A DNA stretch of 32,000 bases, taken from assembly GCF_000014785.1 (NCBI RefSeq), contig NC_008340.1:2430001-2462000 (forward strand), given 5' to 3'. The notes under the pieces were generated by a model. That model searched no databases and was not told the DNA's origin. It saw nothing but the letters and a program-made list of their open reading frames with translations. This document shows positions 8,100 through 15,260 of this stretch, one piece after another; the first letter of the stretch is position 1; every line of letters starts with the position of its first letter. Both the position numbers and the translations under genes were made by a program. This DNA is from Alkalilimnicola ehrlichii MLHE-1 (GTDB lineage Bacteria > Pseudomonadota > Gammaproteobacteria > Nitrococcales > Halorhodospiraceae).

Positions 8100-8597
8100 A
8101 TGGACGAGTGGATTACGCGGGAACGCAAGAACCTGACTCAATTGGCGCAGCGGGTGCTGCTGAAGGCCAACCTGCTGGTGGGGCTGACCACCCTGGCGCT
8201 GATCGTCGGCTTCTACCTGGCGGCCGAGGCGATGGAGATCCCCTTCGGCATTGTCGTCTCTGTGCTGCTCTTCCTGATGCTGCTCGGGCCGCCGCTCTAC
8301 ACCCTGCTGGTGCATTCGGTACGCGGTCCTCTCTGGCGCCGGGCCGTGGCAGGGCGCATCCGCCGGCTGCGCGCCATCGGTTTTCTGACCAGCTATGTCG
8401 ACACCCTCGGCGAGCAGACCCTGGCCCGGCTACCGGACGAACCCCGACAGACCCTCGACAGGGCGCTGGAACAGGAACGGGAGGGCCGCCTCCCGCCCAC
8501 CCACCTCTACGCCGACGCCCTGTTCATCGCCCTGGCGGTGGACGCTGAGACCAGCGCCCGTCTGCCCCGCCGACAACGCCAAGGAGACCACTCATGA
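8100..8597 (+). CDS. Hypothetical membrane protein (2 predicted TM helices)
   Basis: There are two hydrophobic helices (LLVGLTTLALIVGFYLAA, FGIVVSVLLFLMLLGPPLYTLLV). The stop overlaps the SDR start (ATGA), which suggests co-translation. The start is uncertain: ATG 8079 or ATG 8100, the latter preceded by a GAGGGGG-like SD. No family was recognised. Confidence 0.5.
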   Translation: MDEWITRERKNLTQLAQRVLLKANLLVGLTTLALIVGFYLAAEAMEIPFGIVVSVLLFLMLLGPPLYTLLVHSVRGPLWRRAVAGRIRRLRAIGFLTSYVDTLGEQTLARLPDEPRQTLDRALEQEREGRLPPTHLYADALFIALAVDAETSARLPRRQRQGDHS

Positions 8598-9265
8598 GCA
8601 AGCTGATCATCGGCGCCCGCCGCGGCATCGGACTGGAGGTGGTGCGGCAATTGCGCGCACGGGGCGATACGGTGATTGCCGCGGCCCGTACATCGTCCGC
8701 TGAATTGGAGGCCACGGGTGCGGAGATCCACACCGAGGTGGATATCACCCGCCACGAGACCCTGCGCGCCCTAGCGACCGCCCTGGCCGACCGGGAGCTG
8801 GACTGGCTGCTGGTGGTGGCCGGGGTCATGAGCAAGCAGCGCCTGGGCGCCCTGGACGAGGCGGCGGTCGCCGGCATCCACCAGCAGTTCGAGACCAACG
8901 CCCTGGGCCCGTTGATGGCCGCGGAGGCGCTGGCGCCGCGAGTACGGCCAGGCGGCAAGCTGGGGATCCTGACCAGCAGGATGGGCTCGCTGGCCGACAA
9001 CACCTCCGGCAACAGCTACGGCTACCGCATGTCCAAGGCGGCGGTGAACATGGCGGGCGTCTCCCTGGCCCACGATCTGCGCGAGCGGGCGATCGCCGTG
9101 GCCCTGCTCCACCCCGGCTGGGTGCGCACCGATATGACCGCCCACAACGGGCTGATCGACCCGCCGGAGTCGGCGGCCGGGATCATCCGGTGCATGGACG
9201 AGCTGACCCTGGAGGAGACAGGCCGGTTCTGGCATGCACCCAAGGGGGAGCCGCTCCCCTGGTAG
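8594..9265 (+). CDS. Short-chain dehydrogenase/reductase (SDR) family oxidoreductase
   Basis: AAGGAG lies 7 nt upstream of ATG 8594. The N-terminal dinucleotide motif is IIGARRGIGLE and the catalytic motif is YGYRMSKAAVN (YxxxK). The NNAG-equivalent is LLVVAGV. Confidence 0.85.
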   Translation: MSKLIIGARRGIGLEVVRQLRARGDTVIAAARTSSAELEATGAEIHTEVDITRHETLRALATALADRELDWLLVVAGVMSKQRLGALDEAAVAGIHQQFETNALGPLMAAEALAPRVRPGGKLGILTSRMGSLADNTSGNSYGYRMSKAAVNMAGVSLAHDLRERAIAVALLHPGWVRTDMTAHNGLIDPPESAAGIIRCMDELTLEETGRFWHAPKGEPLPW

Positions 9266-9278
9266 GCCTTCTGTAACG

Positions 9279-9313
9279 AAAAACCCCTGCCAGGGCCTTG
9301 GCCCGGACAGGGG
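9279..9313 (-). terminator. Rho-independent terminator of the GG-leader peptide gene (may also stop the convergent SDR transcript)
   Basis: On the minus strand the sequence reads CCCCTGTCCGGGCC-AA-GGCCCTGGCAGGGG. This is a 14-nt-arm stem with 2 mismatches at 9284-9313, followed by TTTTT (9283-9279). It begins 43 nt after the peptide stop codon. Confidence 0.7.
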
Positions 9314-9355
9314 TGCGATCACTGCGTGCCCGTTCAGGCACTGATCAGTGGGCGC

Positions 9356-9532
9356 TTACAGCAGGCCGCCGAGCAGCGGGCCCACGGCACCCAGAACGGT
9401 GCCCAGCAGGCCGTCCACGATACCCGAAACGGCACCCAGCAGCTCGAGCACGCCGCTAACCTGGAGGTCCAGGCTCACGCCGGCACCGCCCACTACCGCA
9501 TCCATCTCCACGTTGGTCAGTTCACGGAACAT
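9356..9532 (-). CDS. Double-glycine-leader peptide precursor (bacteriocin/microcin-like, 58 aa); absent from the supplied ORF track
   Basis: Hand translation of the minus strand gives ATG 9532-9530 ... TAA 9358-9356: MFRELTNVEMDAVVGG/AGVSLDLQVSGVLELLGAVSGIVDGLLGTVLGAVGPLLGGLL. A perfect AAGGAG SD (9544-9539) lies 6 nt upstream. A terminator lies downstream. The leader has L-12, E-8, M-7, V-4, G-2, G-1. A C39 peptidase gene lies 5.8 kb away. Confidence 0.8.
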   Translation of the reverse strand: MFRELTNVEMDAVVGGAGVSLDLQVSGVLELLGAVSGIVDGLLGTVLGAVGPLLGGLL

Positions 9533-9771
9533 AATCGACTCCTTGACTTTGCCTATGGCAGAAATAATTGCCAGCCTTCAGCCAGCGAATTCGATCCTAC
9601 GCCCAGAAACAAGAAGCAGCCAATCATTAAATTCAACTATTACTATTGGGCGAATCCTTCCACCCTGATTAGCTGATATCATTCTGCGGGAATGGACTCA
9701 TTGGCATAAGCCTTACCAAGCATATATCACGAATGGATAATCCGGCAAATACTTAGCGAAATAGATGGTTA
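9533..9771. promoter_or_regulatory. AT-rich divergent control region between the peptide gene and the TolC-MFP-MacB operon
   Basis: Hand counts of lines 9601-9660, 9661-9720 and 9721-9780 give 40%, 47% and 35% G+C, against clearly GC-rich flanks. The candidate plus-strand promoter is TTGGCA (9701-9706), 16 nt, TATATC (9723-9728). The candidate minus-strand promoter is TTGGCT (9623-9618), 18 nt, TAGGAT (9599-9594). An inverted repeat TGGCA-N8-TGCCA lies at 9556-9573. Confidence 0.5.
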
Positions 9772-11190
9772 ATGAACCAACTACCCAAGAGTCGCCCAAT
9801 GACAAAGACCTGGCTTACCGTTCTGATGATCGTCGTCATGGGCATTGCCCCCACAGCAACCATGGCCGACGAGGACCGCCACTCCGCCCCCAACCGCGAA
9901 CTGGATCTGCGCTCCGCCATCGGCAAGGCGTTGCAGCTCCATCCAAGCATCCGCACCGGCGAGGCCCACATTGACCGGGCCCAGGCGCGCCTGGATCAGG
10001 CCGAATCCCTGTATTATCCCCATTTTTCCGCATCCAGCCGGATCGAAAGGCTGACCCTCAACACCGCCCGGCCCGATTCAGCCCGCGCAGTACTCGACTT
10101 CAACGGTGTGGAAATCGAGACCAAGGACCCGGATACCAGCATGTCGGGCTTCACCCGCTACGGGGCGGCCCTGCAGGCAGAATACATGCTCTACGATTTC
10201 GGCCGCCGGCAGCACGGAAAACGCGCCGCCGAGTCCCATTTGGGCACGGAACAGGCCCGGCTGAATGACATCACCTCCAGCACCGTCTTCAATGTGACTC
10301 AAGCTTATTTCGATGTCCTTAGGTTCCAGAACGCGCTGCGGATCCAGGAGGAATTCCTGGAACGCCGGCAGGAGAACCTGGACCTCGCCCGGCGCATGCA
10401 CCGGGCCGGGCGGGTAACGCGGGGTGACGTCATCAAGGCCGAGGCGGAACGCGCCCGAGCCCGTCTCGAGGTCACCCGCGCCGGCCACGACCTGGAGGCC
10501 AGCAGGGTGCGACTGCGCACCGCCATGGGACTGGATGAGGCGGGCTGGGCGTTCTCGGTCGTCGAAGGGGCTCAACTGACGCCACCGCAGGAACTCGGCA
10601 GGCGGGACGCCACCCACCGGGTGATCGAAGACCACCCCCGGCTACAGGCCGAACGCCAGTTCCTCCGGGCCCACCACGAGGAGCTGGAACAGGTGAAGGC
10701 GGACCGGCGCCCGGAGATCCGGCTCACCGGCAATTACCGCGTCGATGAGTTCCATTCCGGACCGGGCTCGGAACCAAACTATACCGTGGGGGTGCAGTTG
10801 GAGTGGCGCTTCTTTGACGGCGGCCAGCGCCGGGCGCGCGCCGCCGAGGCGCGCGCGGAGATGATGGCGGCCGCTGAACGGCAACGCGAGGCACGCCGCG
10901 ATGTCCTGACGGAACTGCACAACGCACAGCGTGAACTCACCGAGGCCGAGGAACGGATAGAGCTCAGCAAGACGTTGATCCGGGCGGCGGAGCAGGACCT
11001 GCGCAGCGCCACCATCGGCTACCGCGAAGGCATCCGCGCATTCTCCGACCTCTCCGACGCCGCCCTAGATCTGCGGGAGGCCGAATTGGAACTGGCCCTG
11101 GCCGAGTTCGATCGCCAGCAGGCTGTGATCGGTATCTACTGGGCCATGGGCCGGGCATCACTGGAACGGCTGACGGAGGCCGGCTTGTAA
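9772..11190 (+). CDS. TolC-family outer-membrane efflux protein
   Basis: Signal peptide ...MTKTWLTVLMIVVMGIAPTATMA. There are two OEP-type repeats rich in coiled-coil A/R/E/L sequence (...AQARLDQAESLYYPHFSASS..., ...ERQFLRAHHEELEQVKADRRPEIRLTGNY...). It is the first gene of the operon. The start is ATG 9772 or ATG 9799. Confidence 0.85.
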   Translation: MNQLPKSRPMTKTWLTVLMIVVMGIAPTATMADEDRHSAPNRELDLRSAIGKALQLHPSIRTGEAHIDRAQARLDQAESLYYPHFSASSRIERLTLNTARPDSARAVLDFNGVEIETKDPDTSMSGFTRYGAALQAEYMLYDFGRRQHGKRAAESHLGTEQARLNDITSSTVFNVTQAYFDVLRFQNALRIQEEFLERRQENLDLARRMHRAGRVTRGDVIKAEAERARARLEVTRAGHDLEASRVRLRTAMGLDEAGWAFSVVEGAQLTPPQELGRRDATHRVIEDHPRLQAERQFLRAHHEELEQVKADRRPEIRLTGNYRVDEFHSGPGSEPNYTVGVQLEWRFFDGGQRRARAAEARAEMMAAAERQREARRDVLTELHNAQRELTEAEERIELSKTLIRAAEQDLRSATIGYREGIRAFSDLSDAALDLREAELELALAEFDRQQAVIGIYWAMGRASLERLTEAGL

Positions 11191-11192
11191 TT

Positions 11193-12446
11193 ATGAGCCA
11201 ATCGCAACAACCCGATGGCGAAGACCGCTTGCAATCCCTCCAGCGTTCGCTGGATAACGCACTGGCACGTTGGCACGGGCTCAGCTTCCGGCGGCGGACC
11301 GCGATTGTCGCGGCCGTGCTGTTCGGCGGATTGCTCCTTGCCCTGCTGACCAGCGGCGGGCGATCACTGCCGGACGGCGTGGCGGCGGCCCCTATCGAAC
11401 CGCGGCCCCTCAATATGGAGGTGCGCGCCCAGGGCACCCTGCGCGCCCACCGGCAGATGAACGTCTACCCCCGGGTGGCGGGCACCGTGGTCGACATCGC
11501 CGCGGAGGCCGCGGAGGCCAACGGCCGGGTGAGCCGGGGCGAGGCCATCGTCACCCTGGACGACGAGGACATCCGCATTGAGGTGGAGGACGCGGAGGCC
11601 GCGCTCTGGGGGGCCAAGGCCGAGCTGGCCTCGGCGCTAGGGCGGTACCAGCGCGCCATCCAACAGCGGGACCGGGCCGAGCGGCTGTATCGGGAGGATC
11701 TGATCCCCAGGGACGAACGCGACCAGGAGCGGGCCCACTACGAGGACATGCGGGCTGCCCTGGAAACCGCCCGTGCCCATGTCCGCCAGGCAGAGATCCG
11801 CCTGGAGCAGGCACGGGACAACCTGCAGCACACCGAGGTCCGCAGCCCCATCGACGGCCGCGTGCTCAATATCGCCGCCGAACTGGGCGACCGGGTCGCC
11901 CCCGGCGGCCAGACACCGGTGTTCACCGTGGCGGCCGGCCTCGAGCCGATGGAGCTCCGGCTCGAGGTCAACGAAGCCGACATCGGCAAGATCCGAGCCG
12001 GGCAGCGCATCCGTTTCAACGTGGAGGCCTACCGCCAGGAGGACTTCCATGCCGAGGTCCGGCGCGTCCTGCCGGGCGGTTACGAGCGCCGCGGGGTCCA
12101 GGTCTACGAGGTGCGGGCCGACGCCGAAAATCCGCACCACCGCCTGATGCCGGGCATGAGTGTGCAGGCACGCATCCATATCGAACAAACCGAGCCCCGC
12201 CCGGCCATCCCTCTGCGGGCCCTGGTCTTTGAGCCGGAATCCGAACGCCTCCTGGACCCGCACCGGGACACCCTCCGCGCCTTGCGGGATGAGGGCCGGA
12301 GCATCATCTGGATCCAGGACCGGTCCGGGGAGATTCGCCCGGCGGGCGTCGAACTGGGCGAGCAGGACGACGAGTATGCGGTCCTGCGGGATACCCCCTG
12401 GTCCGACGACGACGCTGACGGTATTCGAGTCCTCTTCTACGAGTGA
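11193..12446 (+). CDS. Membrane-fusion (periplasmic adaptor) protein, MacA/HlyD_D23-like
   Basis: Single N-terminal TM (TAIVAAVLFGGLLLALL). Lipoyl half-motifs are present (VSRGEAIVTLDDED ... VRSPIDGRVLNI), flanking a long coiled-coil hairpin. A beta-barrel and membrane-proximal region follow. Confidence 0.85.
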   Translation: MSQSQQPDGEDRLQSLQRSLDNALARWHGLSFRRRTAIVAAVLFGGLLLALLTSGGRSLPDGVAAAPIEPRPLNMEVRAQGTLRAHRQMNVYPRVAGTVVDIAAEAAEANGRVSRGEAIVTLDDEDIRIEVEDAEAALWGAKAELASALGRYQRAIQQRDRAERLYREDLIPRDERDQERAHYEDMRAALETARAHVRQAEIRLEQARDNLQHTEVRSPIDGRVLNIAAELGDRVAPGGQTPVFTVAAGLEPMELRLEVNEADIGKIRAGQRIRFNVEAYRQEDFHAEVRRVLPGGYERRGVQVYEVRADAENPHHRLMPGMSVQARIHIEQTEPRPAIPLRALVFEPESERLLDPHRDTLRALRDEGRSIIWIQDRSGEIRPAGVELGEQDDEYAVLRDTPWSDDDADGIRVLFYE

Positions 12447-12455
12447 AGTGCCACC

Positions 12456-13193
12456 ATGTCTATCGTTCTCGAACTCGCTCACGTGGCCAAGAGCTTCTCA
12501 GTGGGGGGCCATCGGGTCTCGCCCTTGATTGATGCGAATCTGGTGGTCCGGCGCGGCGATCTGGTCTCCATCGTGGGGCCGTCCGGCTCCGGGAAATCCA
12601 CCCTACTTCACGTGCTCGGTTGCCTGGAGCGGCCGGACCAGGGCGAGGTCTATATCCGGGGCCGGCCCACCCGCGATCTCTCCGATGAGGAGCTGTCCGC
12701 CTTTCGCGGCAAGACCCTGGGTTTCGTATTCCAGCGCTTCTACCTCATCGACCGGATGACGGCCCTGCAGAACGTGGCCATGCCGTTGGAATACCGTGAT
12801 GATCTGACCCGTGAGGAGGCCTGGGCCCGGGCCTGGGAGAGCCTGGAACGCGTCGGCCTGGCCGAGCACGCCCACCACCGCCCCCGGCAGCTCTCGGGCG
12901 GTCAGCAACAGCGGGTGGCCATCGCCCGGGCGTTGGCCTCCCATCCGACGGTGCTGCTGCTGGACGAGCCCACCGGCAACCTGGACCCGGACACCGGCCG
13001 CAGCATCATGCGGATCATCCACGAACTGCGCCAGGTCATCCCGGAGATGGCGGTCATCCTGGTCACCCACGACATGGCGCTCGCCGCAGACGCTGAGATC
13101 GCCTACGAGCTCCACCGCGGTCGGCTCCACCGGGTGCACTGGGACCAGGCGGGGCCTGGCGTGCAGACAATCAGCGCATCCTGTCCGGCATGA
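12456..13193 (+). CDS. MacB/LolD-type ABC transporter ATP-binding protein
   Basis: Walker A GPSGSGKST. The family-typical segment is LGFVFQRFYLIDRMTALQNVAMPL. Signature LSGGQQQRVAIARAL, Walker B LLLDEPTGNLD, H-loop VTHD. The stop overlaps the permease start (ATGA). Confidence 0.9.
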   Translation: MSIVLELAHVAKSFSVGGHRVSPLIDANLVVRRGDLVSIVGPSGSGKSTLLHVLGCLERPDQGEVYIRGRPTRDLSDEELSAFRGKTLGFVFQRFYLIDRMTALQNVAMPLEYRDDLTREEAWARAWESLERVGLAEHAHHRPRQLSGGQQQRVAIARALASHPTVLLLDEPTGNLDPDTGRSIMRIIHELRQVIPEMAVILVTHDMALAADAEIAYELHRGRLHRVHWDQAGPGVQTISASCPA

Positions 13194-14416
13194 GACTGCC
13201 CGTTTCCACCGCTTCGATCAGCAACGCCTTCGCCCTGCTGCGGGAGCACAAGGTGCGCTCCGGGCTGACGGTGCTCGGCATCGCCGTGGGGATCTGGGCA
13301 GTGGTGACCCTGCTGGCCATTGGCATGGGCGCACGGAGCTACATCGAGGGCCAGGTCCAGATCCTCGGCTCGGACCTGCTGGTGGTGACGCCCGGTTCCT
13401 CGGAGGACCCCACCAGCTTCTTCAACCCGGTGATCATGGAGAGCCTGACCCTGGCCGATGCCGAGCATTTCCGCAACCGGATCCCGGACGTCCACCGGGT
13501 GGCGGCCGTCTTTCAACTCAGCGGCGAACTCAGCGTGGCCGACAAGCGGGCGGCCGGCAGCGTGGTGGGCACAGAGCCCGACTATTTCGCCCTCCGGGAG
13601 CTGAGCGTGGACACCGGCCGGCTCCTCAACAGGGCGGATCAGCGCTCCGCGGCACCGGTTGCCGTCCTCGGTGCGGAGCTCGCCCAGCAATTGTTCGGCA
13701 ACCAACCGCCGCTGGGCGAGTCCATCCGTTTCCGCGGGCAACCGTTGGAGGTGGTCGGGGTGCTCAGCCAACGGGACGACGCGGCGCTGGGGCAGGGCGA
13801 GGACCGCAACCTCTTCGTCCCCATCCGGTATGCCCAGCGGGCCCTGGCTGGGGCCCACCACGTGGAATACATCATGGTGGAGCCCACCGGCCGTGAAACC
13901 AAGGACGCAGTGGCCCGCGCCATCGATCTGCACCTGATGACCCGCAAATCCCGGCTCAGCAATGCCGGCAAGACCCACACCGTGACCGACTTTGGCGAGA
14001 TCGCGACCCTGGCCGGAAGGATTGTCGACGCCATGACCTGGACCCTGGTCAGCATCGCCGGCGTCAGCCTGGTGGTCGGGGGGATCGGTGTGATGAACGT
14101 CATGCTGGCCTCGGTCAGCGAACGGGTCAGCGAGATCGGCATCCGGCGCGCGGTGGGGGCCAATGCCAACCAGATCCGGCTGCAGTTTCTCTCCGAGGCG
14201 GCCATGCTCACCGTGGTCGGGGGGGTGGTCGGGCTGTGCCTGGCCTTTATTTCCATCCTCCTCGCCAACCAGTTGCTGCCCTGGGAAGGGAGCCTGACGG
14301 TCACCTCGGTGCTGCTGGTCCTGCTCTTCTCAGCGAGTATTGGCGGCTTCTTCGGCTACTACCCGGCACGTAAAGCGGCGAACATGCCACCCATGGAGGC
14401 CTTGCGCTATGACTGA
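13190..14416 (+). CDS. MacB-type ABC permease (MacB periplasmic core domain plus FtsX 4-TM fold)
   Basis: TM1 is RSGLTVLGIAVGIWAVVTLLAIGMG. A periplasmic domain of about 220 aa follows, then three C-terminal TMs carrying the FtsX-family motif (GVMNVMLASVSERVSEIGIRRAVGA) and the tail YYPARKAANMPPMEALRYD. Confidence 0.88.
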   Translation: MRLPVSTASISNAFALLREHKVRSGLTVLGIAVGIWAVVTLLAIGMGARSYIEGQVQILGSDLLVVTPGSSEDPTSFFNPVIMESLTLADAEHFRNRIPDVHRVAAVFQLSGELSVADKRAAGSVVGTEPDYFALRELSVDTGRLLNRADQRSAAPVAVLGAELAQQLFGNQPPLGESIRFRGQPLEVVGVLSQRDDAALGQGEDRNLFVPIRYAQRALAGAHHVEYIMVEPTGRETKDAVARAIDLHLMTRKSRLSNAGKTHTVTDFGEIATLAGRIVDAMTWTLVSIAGVSLVVGGIGVMNVMLASVSERVSEIGIRRAVGANANQIRLQFLSEAAMLTVVGGVVGLCLAFISILLANQLLPWEGSLTVTSVLLVLLFSASIGGFFGYYPARKAANMPPMEALRYD

Positions 14417-14936
14417 AACGACCGCTCTTCATCTCCCTTCGGTCCCCCGGGCCGCGACAGGCCTGCTGCAGGGCGTCGTCACCGCACCGCGGACCACCCT
14501 GCGGCAACTCTCCGGCTCGTGGACCGAGTGGTCCGCGGCGCTCCTCATCCTGGCCGGGATCATCCTTCTGAACACCCTGATGGCCCTGGCCATGGGTCGC
14601 GAGGGGTTGGGGACGCAATTACTCTCCGGCGCGCAATCCGCAATCCTAGCCTCACTGGCCACGGCGACCGTGATATGGCTGCTGGTCCAGCTTCTTTGCG
14701 CCGTACGCATCGCTTGGCAGCGGGTGCATAGCGGGACCATTCTCATCATGATCCCGCTCATCCTCGGACCGGTACCCGTCCTTGGCCACCTCATGCTGCT
14801 GGCGTTTGCCGGGCTGATCGCCCTGGTGTTTCTGGATGTGGCGGAGCAACCTCGGAACCGCAGCCTGCTCCTCACCGGCCTGACCTGGGTGGCCCTGATT
14901 GCCCTGGCGTTGGTAGGCGCCCGGTTGTTCGGCTGA
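14409..14936 (+). CDS. 5-TM membrane protein, Yip1-like (candidate accessory/immunity component, YknW analogue)
   Basis: ATG 14409 overlaps the permease 3' end by 8 nt (ATGACTGA). There are about five hydrophobic helices. The N-terminal segment LLQGVVTAPRTTLRQL...WSAALLILAG resembles Yip1-domain proteins. The Yip1 call rests on topology and pattern only. Confidence 0.6.
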   Translation: MTETTALHLPSVPRAATGLLQGVVTAPRTTLRQLSGSWTEWSAALLILAGIILLNTLMALAMGREGLGTQLLSGAQSAILASLATATVIWLLVQLLCAVRIAWQRVHSGTILIMIPLILGPVPVLGHLMLLAFAGLIALVFLDVAEQPRNRSLLLTGLTWVALIALALVGARLFG

Positions 14937-14949
14937 AAAGGGCAGGCCA

Positions 14950-15260
14950 CCCCCACCGTCACTGCGAGGAGGCGAAGCCGACGGGGCAGTCGGCCGCCCT
15001 GGATCGCCACGGGCCTTCGGCCCTCGCGATGACGGGGGAAAGCCTCGGCCCTCTTGAAGCATTGGGCTGTGCCGGAAGCGGAAGGTCGCCCCCACCGTCA
15101 CTGCGAGGAGGCGAAGCCGACGCGGCAGTCTACCCCTCTGGATCGCCACGGGCCTTCGGCCCTCGCGATGACGGGGGGAAGAAAGCCTCGGCCCTCGCGA
15201 TGACGGGGGCAAGCCATTCGTCGGTGATTCGGGCCCGCGCAGGGGGGCTCGGGATGACGG
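14950..15260. repeat. REP/BIME-like mosaic of palindromic intergenic repeats (cluster B, inverted relative to cluster A)
   Basis: Two tandem copies of an 87-nt unit lie at 14950-15036 and 15090-15177. Each reads CCCCACCGTCACTGCGAGGAGGCGAAGCCGACG...GGATCGCCACGGGCCTTCGGCCCTCGCGATGACGGGG and is the reverse complement of 2903-2987. Bases 15021-15260 are collinear with the reverse complement of 2814-3056. Confidence 0.85.

Noticed and set aside
9556-9573. Possible sigma54 (-24/-12) promoter, TGGCA-N8-TGC, read on the minus strand upstream of the peptide gene.
   Set aside because: The GG-to-GC spacing is one nucleotide too long for the rigid TGGCAC-N5-TTGC geometry, and the -12 element lacks TTGC. 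I kept it only as an inverted repeat.
9326-9676. Plus-strand ORFs 9326..9676 and 9348..9668, which cover the peptide locus.
   Set aside because: They start at GTG or ATG without an SD. They run through the terminator hairpin and the AT-rich promoter region, and their sequences are low-complexity Q/A/H/T. The minus-strand 58-codon ORF has an SD, a terminator and a recognisable leader, and explains the open frame (same triplet phase, antisense).
2814-15260. Interpreting the two repeat clusters as a CRISPR array or as the ends of a composite transposon or genomic island.
   Set aside because: The units are palindromic, heterogeneous in length and irregularly spaced, so this is not a CRISPR array, and there are no cas genes. 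No transposase, integrase, tRNA target or direct-repeat duplication is visible. The enclosed genes have the same GC-rich character as the flanks, apart from the peptide promoter region.
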